From a virus (lineage: Duplodnaviria > Caudoviricetes): a stretch of 64,000 bases of DNA. The stretch is taken from positions 64,001-128,000 of IMG/VR virus record IMGVR_UViG_3300014039_000017, one strand, 5' to 3'. Below are positions 10,301-25,400 of this stretch, one piece after another (position 1 is the first letter of the stretch; each line of letters begins with the position of its first letter). The notes under the pieces are model-generated. The model was not told the DNA's origin, made no database searches, and saw only the letters and a list, made by a program, of their open reading frames with translations. A program made the position numbers and the translations under genes.

Positions 10301-13300
10301 CTTAAAGAATTTGGAATTCAAACTATTTTAGATCAGCAAGAAGAAGCTGCTATGAATGGTACTACACCTGAAACAGATCCAGTTATAATTAATTTGTATG
10401 CAGAATATCAAGAAGAAGTTAATAATGAGGTAAATAGTAATGAAGATCATAAAGCTTATATTAAACAAATTAATTTAGATCAAAAACTTATTAATGAATT
10501 AGATCTAGAAATATCTAAATTTAATAAAACATATAATTATAATAAAGATACAGTTACGGATTCAGTTACAGACCAAGGCAAACAAGCATATGCAGAACCT
10601 ATTTACGACTCAATAACTAAAATATTAAATTTAAATGATTATAGAGTAAATTTAAGTAACAGAGGAGATTTGGCTACAAAAGAAATAGCTGCAGAATTAG
10701 GGATAGATATATCTGAGAACGACAAATTAATGTTATATATAAACGATAATATTAAAATAGAGCAAGAAAATATTATAAAGAAACTTGTAGAGTATTATTC
10801 AACCCTTAAAAACAATAAAATTATTTCTGAGAATGATAACGTTCTAAAATCTGTGCTATGAGTTGCTTTTTCAAGGTATGTAAATGCAGATGTGTTTAAT
10901 TCTACATTTAACGACTTTATAAGAGAATATAATATCGAAAATCCAGAAAATTTAAATGAATTCAGAAATAAGTTTAGAAATGCTATAATTAATTTATCAT
11001 CAGGTAATATTAACTTAAATGAGTTAAATGAACTTGAAGAACTTGGAAATACTTTAAGTGACAATTTATTTGACAATCTTATATATGATTTTACTGGTTG
11101 AAATAACCTAAAAGATAATTTAGATAAAATTCAAAAGTTAAAAAATGAAACACCATCATTTGGCGTTATTGAACTTTTACGTAAGTTTAATCTAGGAGTT
11201 GGTAAAGATGTTATAAGTGTAATAGATTTACTAAATAAAGAAGAGTCGGCATTAGCAGCTAAAGATGATGTAAATAAATATATTATTACAAATCCAGCTT
11301 ATGACTCGGCTTTAAGAGATATTCCTAGAGTAATGGATATGTTAGAATCTCTTATAAGCCCATTAGTTAATGGCTACTCAACAGTTTTAAACCAATATAG
11401 GACTAAAGGAGAATCAGAACCATTGATTGAAAATATCGGAGATTCAACAAGAAATATTCTTGTTTCTGATATAGAATATTTAAGAAATAAAGCAATTGCT
11501 CTAATTACCATTTCAGATAAAAATAAAGGGCAACAATTGTCTTATCATAAAGATTCTGAAAAAGTAAATAAATTAGAGCTTGTAAAAGGATTATTTATAA
11601 AACCTAGTCCAGAAGTAGACTCGTTTGCAGATTCTATTAAATCTAAATCTGGAGGGAAAATTGATATTGAAGGTGTTGCAAATGATGTTTTTGAAGACGA
11701 TATACCATCAGAACTGAATGATGAAAATATCGCTTTGTTTACAAGTAATTTATTTAGGTTTGCATCTGCTTTATATAAAGAGGCGAAAAATAGCGGATTT
11801 ACAGATGAGCAAATTGGAGAGTTCATATCTGAAAGTTTAACATCTTCTGCAATTAATTTAGATTCTGGAGAATATTCAAACGATCCAAATAAACACATTA
11901 CTAATTTATCAACAGCGTATCTCTTAGCTGGAATGATGTCTATAGATTTTAGTGAGACCTATAAGACTATAGATGAAATTTATAAAGAAGAAAAAGATGT
12001 AGCACCGTTATGAAGTCAGAAATTATCTGAACTTATGGCTGTAGCAGCTATGTCTAATTTTAATATATTTAATGCTGTAACAGAGGGAATTAAAAGTAAG
12101 GTTGATAACTACATTAAAGATTATTCCCCTGGAAATCCAGAATATTTTAAAAATTTATCAACAATAAAAAATATGATATTTTTAAAAGGAGGCCCAGGAA
12201 CTGGAAAAAGCTGGGTTGTTGATAAATTTGTAGCAAAAGCTATTAAAAAGCTTGATGAAAAAGCGGAAATAATTGTATGTGCACCAGCTCAATCTCAGTT
12301 AGATAATCTTAAAAAAGCAACTGATTCAGACGATAAACACGCAATCCTTTTAGAGGATTTAATTAATAAAATTTGTCCTCAGAAGCCTAAATATCAAGAA
12401 GCTAGCAAAACTTTTCATGCTGCACATTATAATGAAACTGATATAAAAACAGTTGGAACCGACGCTGGATTGTATACTAACGGGAAAAATAAGTATATGA
12501 TTATTGATGAGGCAACATTTGCATCTGAAGGAGATTTGCAAATAATATCTAAATGAGCTGAATCAAGAAATGTTAAAATTTTACTTACTGGTGATTTAAA
12601 ACAAAATGGTAAAATTGTAGAGTTTACTAACGAAGACGGCAAAACCGGAAAAGTTCTTGCAAATATTGACGATTGTATTTTAGCTACATTGCCAGAACTT
12701 ACAGCGGTAATTAGAAGTGAAAACATTGCTGTGCAAAGCAATACTTTAGCCGTGGGTAATTTAGCGGCAAGATTCGAAACCGAACATAGAAAAAATAAAA
12801 AATTATCTATGTTAGAAGTGTCTAATATTATTAAAGATCCTTTTGTTTCATTACAATATTATGAGGATAAAGATAGTTTTGTTGGATGTAAGATTTTAAA
12901 CTCTGCTGAAGATATTAATCATTATATATCTGACTTCTCAAAATTTGCTAAAGATAATACTGTAGCTATTATAACGGATAACCCTGCTAAATATAGTAGT
13001 GTTCCTGGAACATATAAAAACGTTGTTATTCTTGACTCTAATTCAAGCCAAGGTGGAGAATTTGATTATGTCATAATTGATAAAGATTTTAGTACGAGCA
13101 ACCCAACTCTATATAATAAAGTAATGGACCTTAACACCATGATTAGTAGAGCTAAAAAAGGAATTGTTGTAAATAATCAAAATAACACTTTGGATGGTAT
13201 TATACTAAATAACGAGCTTAGAGATAAAACTATTCTTGAAACGCCAACTTTAATATCTAATAATATTGATGAGTTAAAGAATTGGGATTCTATGGTTAAT

Positions 13301-16300
13301 CAATGAACATCGGAATCTGAAGAGTCGCACAAACCAGATAAGCCATCTAATCCAGATGATAGTCCAAAAAAGCCACAAGGAGAACCAGCACAATCCAGCA
13401 CCTCAAGCCCTGAACCTCCAAAAGAAGAAGTTGATGGTGGGATAGGTAATAGCTTTTTTAATGATACTCTTGACGATAAAGAAGGTGATGCTCCCGGAGT
13501 TTTATCAGCACCTCAAGACTCTAAGGAAATAGAGATAAAAGTAAATCAGGAAACAGAAAATACTAAAAAAGAAAATAAACTTAATTCAGATTTAAATTCA
13601 GTAAATAAGGAAGGAAAAGTTAGTAACAATAGAGTTAATGACGCTAAAAAAATTAATTCTAATTCTAAACCTAATTTAGTATTCTATGATAGAAAAGCAT
13701 TTATTGATGAGCTAAATAGCGATAATACTGCTTTTTGAAAAACTGAAAAAGAAAATAAGTATAGTATTAGATCTAAGTTTTCTGACGATTTAAGCTATAG
13801 AAACTTTGTGCGATTGTTTTCTTCTGGAGTTATGGTTGGTATGGGTTTAGAGCAAAGACATATAGAAAAACTTGCGCTAATGAGTAATATAGATGAAGAC
13901 TTTGCAAGAGCTATTGCCAATGCCTGAAATATGATGTCGGATAGTGATTACTATATATATTGTAAAAAAGTAAAAGGGCAGCAACAAAGGTCTATAATAT
14001 ATTTGCCATTAGTTGTTAACTCTGAAAACTATTTAATACCTATAGGAACATTTTCTGGTGTAGTACAAGGAAAACACCTTGTAAAACAAGGATGTGCATT
14101 ATTTGATATTGCTAAAGCGAGCGAATTAAAACTCATGCCAGATAACGGCTTTAGAAACATTACAAATCTTCCTTATGGTCAAGTAATGTCTTCTGCTAAA
14201 GTCTTTACCGCTAATACATCTGATGGACAGTTTGGTGATAGTAAAGATCCGTTGTATGCTCAGTCAAAATGTTTTAATTTTTATAAAGACAATACTGGTA
14301 AATCGTTTACAGTTTGAACTCCTGTAGATATACTTACTGACGAGGATTTACGTCAAGTATTTAAAACTAAACAAAGCAAAGAAAATAGAACTATATGATA
14401 TACAGATGTTGAATTAAGACAAAATGAAGCTTTTACAAAAGAGGATTTTGAATACCAAAACAAAAAAGCTGATTTAAAAGTAAAGCTAAATAATAAAGAA
14501 ATTTCAATATCTGAATATCAGAAAAGATTAAAAGAATTAAACGAAGAATATAAAGATGTTAAATCTCTAAATCCTGAGGGTACAAATTCTTTGCTTAATT
14601 TAAACGGTAATACAAGGGTATCTAAAGCAGACGGTACCAGTGGAGATAAAATATTAATTCCAGTAAATTTAGTTGAAGCGCATAGGGTTATTAAACTTGA
14701 AGATTTGGTTAACGCTGTAGCTGTTGTTAAGTTTATAACCGGAAGCATATCTTATGGTAATTTAACTACTGAACAGAAAAATTTATTTGAAGGGAATACT
14801 AGAACTGCTGCAATAAATTATATGAAAACTATATTAGGTGATTTTGAATATGATTTATCTGCTGAAGGTGTAGTAGTAGAGCAGTCAAGAGTTAATGCCG
14901 AAAATTTGAGAAAGCTTAGAACTAAATACAGACTACTAGTTGATACTGCATCTAGGAAGTTCTTGAATGCCGTATTGTGCGCATTTAATGACCCTACAAT
15001 AAATATAGACAATAAACTTACTACTAAATTAGATGAAAACTTACTATCTCTTGTACAAAGGACTGTTAAAAGTAAATCTGGAGTAGGTAATGTTAATAGG
15101 GTTGGATTTAAAATAACATTTAATGGCGGTACAAATCCATCGCATACTTATTTTGTAAAATATAATCAAACTACACAAAGTTATGATATATATTCAAAAT
15201 TGCGTGAAAATGGAAGAGATGTTCCTCAGGTAAATGCTTATGAAAATACTCCTATAGCTTCTATATCTGCGGCTGGATTACAAGTTGGGGAAATGATTAA
15301 ATCTAGGCTTGAATCTATTATTAAAGCTATAAATAATACAGAAGCCAATAGTTCAAGTAGACACGATTTTACTCTTGATAACTTAAGAAATTCCAATATT
15401 GTTATAGAACTAGAAACGGAAGTTACTAAACCAGATAAATCTGTTGGACATTATACTTTATCTGACTATGATATAATTTATAATTGCTTTAAAAATGTTC
15501 CAGTTTCAAGTTTTACTAAATTAGAAGAAATATTTAGGAAGGGGTATTTTAAGCACGGAATTACTTTAAATGATGCGTCTTCTATAATAGATGACCGAAG
15601 AGAAACAGTATGAGCTGATCTTCGTGTTAATAATACGACAGAAACAGATAGAGTAAGTAATGTTAAAGCAATGTTACCACCTATCTTTAAAGCCGAAATA
15701 TCGGCTGAAAGCCTTATTAAGGTAAACGATGAATCAGAGATATTTGAATCTACTGATGAAAATACGGAAAACACTTCTCAACAAACAAGAGGAGATATTT
15801 CTACTTTTAAGAAAAATGTTGTATCTTCGTATATGAATACGATTGGAGAAGAAATAACAGAAGATGAAATGTTTCCATTTGATTTTAGTGAAGAATGAAA
15901 TTCATTAAGTGATGTCGATTTTATAAATTATATAAACGAACAACTATCTAAACATAATATTTCTTACGCAATTACTAATTATGATTTTGTAACAGGAAAA
16001 ATAAGTGGAGCAGAAGTACAAGCTGCCGGAAGTATTGATTCTACTGTAGAAGAGTCACTTAAGAATATGGGATTTACTAACATACAAAATATAAATACAA
16101 GTATAAAAGACGGTAATCTAGAAAGCGTAACATTTATGAGCAAAGGAGTTGATTATAAGTATATAATGTATGATAACAAGTTTATAAATAAAGAGCTTTT
16201 TGATAATGTAAGTAATCTAAAAACATATTTAGATATAAATATAAACTCTATAATAAATTCTTTATTAGAAAATCATGATTCAGTACTTGACTCATTATGT

Positions 16301-16414
16301 GATATGGCGGATTCGTTATCAGAAGATGATAATATAAAGGCGCAAGATATTATAGATAATATATATATATTAATTTCAGGTAATTCCGCAGTATTAACCA
16401 GCTGTAAAATTTAA
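7307..16414 (+). CDS. Giant putative virion protein with hydrophobic N-terminal region and central SF1 (RecD-like) helicase domain, 3035 aa (TGA=Trp)
   Basis: 13 same-frame fragments joined by TGA. Helicase motifs at ~12170-13170: I KGGPGTGKS, II MIIDEATF, III LTGDLKQ, V SSQGGEFDYVII, VI TMISRAKKG. Hydrophobic helices at ~8080-8570 and ~9040. Confidence 0.85.
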
Positions 16415-16419
16415 TTAAA

Positions 16420-19400
16420 ATGGGATGTATTAGTAAACAAATTTTAAATGATGAATCTGGGCTTAGACGTATTAAACGTTGGATTAATCATAGACCAGAT
16501 TGGGAACAGCAAATTAGAGACAATTATGAGAATGCTGAGGATATTATTAGAATACTTAAAAGCAAGGGGGAGAACATCTCCCTTGCTGATTTAAGTATTA
16601 ATAATACCCCTAAACAGCAAGAACAAGTTAAATCTGTAAATCAATTTGCGGTAAAAGATGTATCAATAGATGTGAATTATGGAGGCGATAAAGCTGCTTT
16701 AGATAGAATGATTAGAAATTTTAGAAATAAAATTCTAAATAGTTCCGTATATAATATGGCTAAAGGTTCAATGGTTAACGCTAACTTAAAATTAAGAAAC
16801 TCTGAATTTAGTAATGTTTTGAATAAAAATATTTACGATTATAAAATTGAGTTAGTGAACACTATTTGAAATCTAGTTCAAAAAGGCAGAAAAACAGTAT
16901 TTGAATCACCTTACGTATTTATAAATGAAATGAATGAAGCTTTAACGGCTTATGATAATTATAAAGGAGATATAAATTCAGGTGAATATCAAGCCGCTAG
17001 AGATGCATATTCTATACTTAAAAACTTTGATTCCCTATTAGAGCAACAGGCGTCATTTATTAAAGTAAATAAAAAATACACATCAATTAATGAGGCCTAT
17101 GATAAATATATTTATGAAGGTGCAAATACAGATATGTTTAAAACATGGGTGACTAAAGAGGATGTTGATATAGAGGGCCAGTTAAGTGATCTTATATCTA
17201 CAATAATTGAAGCTTTTCCTAAATATAATAAGCTTGGCCAACCAATGTGAGACACTGGAATTTCTATTCCTGAATATAATAGAACAATGTCTTTATTTAA
17301 ATCTTGAATAACATCTGGTATGTTAGCTTCTGATGTTGGAATCAGAGGCGGAAATGCTGAATCAACATTTAAAAAATTTAAAGACTCTATTTTCAGAATA
17401 GATATAAATACATCTGAAAGAGCAAAAGTAGCTGACGAAAATCTTAAAAAAGCATTTGACGCTTTTGTTGGAAAAGCAAAATTAGGCCAAATAAGTCAAG
17501 TAAGTTTGGAGCTAATACAAGGAATTAATGCTATATTTCAATCGGGACTTGACCAACAAATTAAAAACGCAATGCTTAATTTGATGTTTAAAACCGATGA
17601 GAATAGAGGAATAATTACAAGCACATATAACAACACTATATCAAATAAGAGTATACAAGAAAACTATATTTCTAGGGCCGTATATCAAGTTCAAGACTCT
17701 ATAAATAGCGCAATAGATAAATTTAAATGGAGTAGCCCACAAGCTTATAAAAATTTAAAAGCCAAATACGGGATTAGAGTTGATTCAAATAATCACGATA
17801 AAATTTATATTGACGCATATAAGTTAACGTTAATATATAGACCTACAGGAGATATAGAAGTATGCGGAAAAGTTGGTAATGATATCGCGGCACAAATGAT
17901 TACCGATATTTTAAATTTGAACTTACCAACAAACTATAATGATATTTTAATCCAAATGCGAGGTTCTAATAACTATGCCGGAGCATTGTTTAATCAGTTT
18001 AAAAATGCTATAGGCATGGTCTTATTTGCATCTGATCCCGACGCCTTTAATAGTTCTATTAATGACGATAAAAATTGGAAAAACGGTAAGGACGATCCGC
18101 TTAGAAGTGTATTTAACGTTAGAATGTTTAGTACAGGATTACAATCGGCTTCAGAAATGTTGGGAATTGGATGAGGGATTAATATAGCTAGTACTCAAAG
18201 AAATAGTTTTGGAAATAATATAGCAGCATATACATTAACTTCTCTTATAAATCAAATGGGAAGAAATATTTTAAATATGGATAGAAAAGAAAATTCTATA
18301 TTTAAAGACAATCCTGTTTATAAGGAATTTTTTACCCATGTTGGAAAACCATATACTAGAATCGACGTAGATATTTCTAAAAATAAGAAAGCTGCAAGAG
18401 ATTTAACTTTAAATGAGTTGGCAACTACAGGTATTTTTTACGATTTCTTTAAGAATTACAAAAAATTTATATCAGGAGCAAGTAATTATATATATTTTCA
18501 AAATAGTTGTTTCTCTGATAAAAATACACACTGATTAATTCCGTATCATAAAGATTTTAAATTAGATTCTACTAATACATTAGGTGGAACCCTAGATTTA
18601 ATATTTAGTCAAAATAAGCATGATGATGGTGTAAAGATATTTATGGATTCAATATTTAATACTCGTAAAAGCGAGTATTCTAAAATATTCAATAACATAG
18701 CGTCCGATTACATTATGGCTTTTGATTATTTGGCGAATATTAATAAGGTTATTCCCGAAAGTATAAAATCTGATGTACTTAATCTAAAATCTTCTAATGC
18801 AGAAACAAAACTAAACGCATTAAGAAATATATCTAATTATGTCTCTAATAACAAAGATTTTACAGAAGTAATAAAATACGCTTTTGCTGCTAATAAACTA
18901 GATTTTACAGAGGAGTTACACTATAGTAAAGTTGGATTTAATGAAACACTGGATCATGATATACAAATGTATGTTCTAGATTCAACCAAATCTAAATTTA
19001 ATAATAGAATACAGCAACAAAAGGAATTATTTGTAAAAGACTTACACGATTGTGATTTTTCATTTAATGGAGATCTAGATAATGAAACTTATAATCAAGT
19101 AAAATCTACTATTGGTGATTCTTGGTTTGATGATAACCAAGAAATGTTAATTACAAAAGACGGTAAATTAAATCCTCTACTTGAAGCATATTATCTGTCT
19201 GATATTTTATTGTCTAATGGGTATAATGATTTATTGTTTGGAAAAACATTCTTTCACCCAAATAAATACAAGCCAACTAAAGAGGAACTTGATATAAAAA
19301 ATAAAACTGGAAAATGACCAGAATCTTATTTTATACATTCTGAAGCATCCAGACTTAGTGCATCATATAAAAGAACTGTAATTGCTGGTGCAACTACACA

Positions 19401-22400
19401 TACATTTTATCCTGATACATTTGGAATATCTTCTGATATTAATTTCGCTGTAATGGAAGATTATAAAGCCGATCCATATAATATGAATGGTGTAACTTCT
19501 GGTGGAATTGATGCTATGGATGGCTCCGGATGATCGTCCCCAATACAATCATTGCTCGAAAATATGTCATTGCTTGATGCTAAGGTCGGATGGGATAAGA
19601 AAACTATTTTTGGAGATATTGATCCAAAAACAGGATGTCCAACACTTCTTAAATGAGCTGTATATGCGTTAACTAATGAAAGAAGACGTAACTCTGAATG
19701 TAGTGTGATATCTGCAAATAGCATGTTTAAGAAAATGCATAATATTGCATTTAATAAACGGATTAATATTGCTGAGTATTATAACCCAAGTAAAGGAACT
19801 ACCACAACTGTTAATGGAAGAAAAGTTTCTGAAAGTAACTATATTTATTACCAAGATGTAGAATCCGGTAGTATGTTTAGAATAGATAGGCTTGAACAAG
19901 ATCAAAATAATATAGTTCATATATTTGAAACAAAAGTAAATAATTTTGGACAGCCTATAGGAAACACCTTTGAAAAAAGACGAGTCCAACTTAATACTAT
20001 AAATGCAATTGATGAAATATTTGGTGGCGCATACGCAATGCAAAAAGATGACTCTGGACGACTTGTGTGAAGTGACGTAAATAATAGATTGTGCGCAAAT
20101 ATTGTATGTAACGAGGATTTAAAACAAAATATGATTGCTTATGCTGTTAATAAATCAGCAATTAAAGTTGGAGCAAGAAATGTTAATTTAAGGTCTTCTT
20201 GAACAGATAATTCAGAATTGTTATATACAAATATGTCATTAATATTTGGTGGAGTTCAGATGGACGCAGATCACGTTTTAGGGGATGATACAGATGTTAC
20301 AGAAATGTCACAAATGATTTCATCGCTTATACAATCTGGGCTAGCCAAAGAACAAGCTATTGATATTTATAAAGAAATTGGTGAGGTTGTTACAGAATCT
20401 TTAAAAAATAAAAATTATCTAGTATATAACGGAGATTATTCTGCTGTACATGAACTGCTTGGTAGAGAGTTTATTAATTCTTTTTCTAAAGGTACTAGAG
20501 ATACAATGGGATTAGCTCAATCATATCTTATTAAAGCGTCTCAAGAATTAGCAAAAGATCCCAACGCAAAAATTAATATTCCGTTTAGTGACCCTACAGT
20601 ACTTGGAATATTTACATCTAATATAGCATCTGAGATTAATAAGAAAGGAATTAAACGTAAATATGCTGGTATTGCATCAGTACAAGTTCCATCAAGAGGA
20701 ATGATTCAATACTTCAATTATAATGGAAGTCAGATGCTTTATACAACTTTAGCTAAAAAAATTAGAGAAGCAGGATATCAATTTACAGCAAAGCAATATA
20801 TAACAACTCAAAGATATAATAAAGATACTGGTAATTTTGAAATATATGGATTAAATAGGAATGGGGAATTAGCTACAGAAATACATCCTTTTATAAGGCA
20901 GGTTAATCCTTGAGAATTAGATATGGGCGATACTGTAATAGTTGTAAAAAATGGAGTTGCTTCAAAACCTATAGTTCTTGATACATGAAATAATTACGAT
21001 ACAATAAAACATATTACTGATGGCGTATTATATAAATGAAGTATTAGGCCAGTAGATTTAAGGCAATCCGATATAACATTTGAAGTTAATGGAAAACGTT
21101 ATTCTATATATGATTTAGACTCAGTAAGAGCCACACACTATATAAAAGAACTTATTAATAATAAGCAATCTTATTTTGATTTAACTCCAGAAAAGAAGCT
21201 TGTAGTAGATAATACTATAGGTGATGCCGATAAAAATAATCTTATTAAGTTATATAAGACTGCAAATTTAAAAGTTAATGAAGATTTAAAAAAGATTAAT
21301 AACGGAATTAAAATAGGTAGAAATTCTGCATTTGGGGATGTAATTGGGAGAAAATATGTTAATTTAACAGGATCAGTTAATGGTATAGAAGATATTATAA
21401 TAGCAAATAATAATATAAATAACAGAGAACAATTATTTGAGGATATTATAGCAAATAGTAAAAATATTAACGTTGTTAGATTCTTAAAAAGAATTGTCCA
21501 AGAGTTTAATCTAGATCCCCAAGAATTTACGGCTGCTTATACACAGTACTCGTTAGATAGAGAAAACGAACATAATTTTTCAAATGTAAATACAAGATTT
21601 GCAGAAATCATAACTGGAAAAATAAATAAAACTCAATTAGGATTACGTGATGATGATTCTATAGCGGATATTAAAGATGCAAACTTTTTTATAAATAGAA
21701 TTAAAGAAAATGAGTCTTTAAGAGATAGTAATATTAATACAAATAGTTATGATGCTGTATTAAAGGGTATTAACGGAGAAAACTTATATGTAAGGATATC
21801 GCCACTGCATACTGAAATAGATGCGGTTACCGGAGAAAAAATTCCAGAGCAGCTTCCAGGATGATTTGTAAATAATACTACGTTTGATAATGTAGATGGA
21901 AATATATATTACAAAGACAAAGTATTATGCACAGCAGATGGAAAACAATTCTATACGCAGCCAGGAGTTACCAACGTAAATAATATGGTTGTTCTAAATA
22001 GTATAGAACAATTACAAGAGCTACTTGATTCCGACTTATTTAATAGAGTTGAATATAATTATAATTCTAATAATCTAAATGAAATACTGAAATACAGAGG
22101 ATATATTAATGATGAGGGTTTAGTTACAAAAGAAATAAAGTTTCATCAAGCAGCAAATCGTTTATCTCCTGTAGAGACAGACAGATTCAGACTTAGATAT
22201 ATAGTAGGAAAGCAGATTGAAGTTGGAACAGATATAACAAAACTTGATGTAGAATCATTGATTGAAGACCTAAACCAAGAGGTAGAATATGAAAAAGATA
22301 GAGATATTAAACAAATAGCTTATAATAGGTTTAATGCTTTTAAAAAACAGCTTGAAGTCATTGGAGCACGTATTCCAACGCAAAGTATGCAATCTTATAT

Positions 22401-25400
22401 GGGATTGAAAATTGTGGCATTGACAAATAGCATTTATAACGAAGTATATATTCCTGCTGCTATGGCCTGGCTTGAAGGATCTAATAAAAAAATTAAAGCC
22501 AAGTTTGGAAGTATAGTGTATTTTTGCTAACTTGCATTAGCAAAAATATGTATATATGAATATTGATATCGAAAAATTTAAAGCTGAAGTAAATCTTAAG
22601 AAGAATTACCAGCAATTATCAAATGAGTTTAATTGTTCTATAAAAACAATAAAAAGATATGCAAAAGAATTAGATTTAACAGTTGCAACTAAAATTTGTA
22701 AATCAAATGATCCAGAAGTTATAAACTCAGTCAAAAATCTTTTAGAGAAAAATAAAACTAATTTAGAAATTTCTAGAGAACTTGGAATCAGTCCAACGAC
22801 TGCAAGAAAATATACAAAGTTACTTGGAATGGAAACAAATACAGTAAGAAATAAATCGTTAAAAAGTCCAATAACTTTAACTAAAGAACAAGAAGAAATA
22901 ATTTATGGATCTATGCTTGGAGATATGTGTTTAACGACTACACAAAAATCGTATAGATTTTCCATATCTCAAGGAGGTGGGCATGAAGAATACTTTGATC
23001 ATCTAGCTAATATATTTTCTAATGTTATAGGAAAAGTAAATAAAACTCCAAGATACGATAAAAGAACCAAGTTGTTCTACAATAAATTTATGGTTAAATT
23101 TTTAGCATCTACATCTTACAAAAAGTATTATGATATAATGGTTATAAATGGTAAAAAGACTGTAACGGAAAAGTGGGCAAACCATTTAACTGCTAGGGGA
23201 TTAGCTTATTGATTTATGGATGATGGTTGTGTAAACGGAATTATAGCTACAAATGGATTTGCATTAGAAGAAGTTAATTTATTATCTCGTGTAATATTAA
23301 ATAAATTTAATATTCACACAGATGTTCAAAAAGTTTCAAAGAAAGAACAATGAATATTACATATTCAAGTAAAAGACAGAAAGGCGTTTGAAGATATAAT
23401 AAGACCTTTCATAATTCCATCAATGATGTATAAGTTAAAATATAAATAGTTGGATCCTAACCTCGTGAACTGCGGGAAACTCCTTAGAGACTTAACTACT
23501 AACTATATATAGAGATATATATAGGGTGTAACTAATCATTACAGTATAGTAAAAAGGCTAAGTATTGGACAATCCGCAACCAAGCCTCTAAAATAGAGGA
23601 AGGCTCATCGACTATCGAAAAGCGTGCAAGCGAACCAAGTAGAGTAGCGTAAAAGCGAAGTGCGAGGCGTGTTTTTTAAACACGAAGATATAGTCAGGTC
23701 AATTATTAACGTAATTGTGCGTTTAGGACTATGATATAGATAAACTATATATGATGGGTTATGAACTTAATTCAAAAGGAGGATTTGTAGGATTCTCAAG
23801 GCTGCTTAATGACGCTTTAACTCAACAAGAATTTGATGATATTCTTGATTTACCAAAACCAAATGGAATAAAATATGTAATTGGAGAAAATTCTGATTCT
23901 GGATTAAGTGAATTGGATGTTTTAAGTGTTATCGGGGACGTGGCACAAAGAGATTATACATTACTTAAAAATGTAATTAATTCTGATTCAGATCAAGTGC
24001 ATTTTAAACCAGAAGTATCAAAATCTAGTAGATACCGATTCTTAAACATTCTTAATAAGCATAGTCAAACTAAATTATCTAATTATACTAAAGAGGCTGC
24101 TTTAAGAAATTCTGTTGTGTATAAAATTAATACACTGCTTAGAAATGCAAGATTATCTCCATTGGCACATAAATCCGTGGATGATAGTATGGCGCTGTTT
24201 AGAAATATAGCGAAGAAATCAATGCTTGCAGCAACAGAGCTTTCTCTATCATCTGATAATCCTCTTGTTAAATTCCTTATGCAAACTCAAAATATGGTTG
24301 GTAAGGATGTAATTGGTATTACGGCGGTTGGAATGAAAGTATTCTTTGGAGTTACTACTGCATTAAATCAAACAATAACAGATTTAGTTGAGCATATAAA
24401 AACAAAGGATTTTGTTTCAGCACAATCAGATTTTCAAAATTTATTGTTTAAAGATCCTATTACAGGACAAGATATAACATTGGCTAATTTAAATTTTGAA
24501 CCATTGCTTGATTTGCTTAATAATTTATCAGAACAAGACAAATTAGATGTAAATAATGCTTTGGGGGATTATTTAAATGAATTGCCAAAAATAATAGAAC
24601 AATCACAACACACCGACGCAGCGGAAGCAATCTCAGGTTTGCTATCTGCGGCCACTGATTTTTGTAGCAACAAAAAGAAACACTTGCATATTTAAATTTT
24701 TATAAGTAAATTTGCATAAACTTAAAATATATTAATTATGCAAAAAATTTCTGAAGAAAAAATTAATCAAATGTATGAACTTTATAAACAAAATTTTAAT
24801 AAAGTTCAAATTTCAAAACAATTAGGAGTTAATGAAGAAACCGTTAGAAAATATTTAACAAAAAGATTTAATATTCCTCTTAAAGATTATTCTAAAAAAG
24901 TAGATCAACAAAAATTTGAAGAACTCTGAAAACAAGGAAAAACAGATAAAGAAATATCTGATTTTTTTGGAGTTTCTGAATTGACGATTAAAACTTATAG
25001 GACAAAAGGCGATAACGCTGGAAAATTTAATGTTGTTAGATATTTTTCACAAACAGAACAAAAGCTTACGTATGAACAAGATCAATTTATTAGAGGATCT
25101 CTTTTAGGGGATTTAAATTTATCTAAACCAAAGACAAATAGACATATAAACTCTCGTTTAGCAATTGTTCAATGTGAAAAACAAAAAGCGCTTTTTATAA
25201 AAAAAGTAGAAATTTTAGGAGATTTTATGGGAAATTATAAATTAGTAGTCCCGAAACCTGATACTAGAACAGGAAAAATATATACTTCTTATAGAGGAAA
25301 TTCGAAATCACATAAAGTTTTTACGGATTTATATAATGAGTTATATATAAATGGAAAGAAAACAGTAACAAAAGAGTTTTTAGATAAAATAACTTCTCCT

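Noticed and set aside
13310-13680. Pro/Ser/Asp-rich stretch with no ORF-track call, possible insertion
   Set aside because: It stays in frame within the 3035-aa protein and reads as a low-complexity linker.
20914-21984. 1-kb gap in the ORF track inside the RNAP gene, possible extra intron
   Set aside because: The frame continues with only TGA interruptions and no group I core motifs; it is coding.
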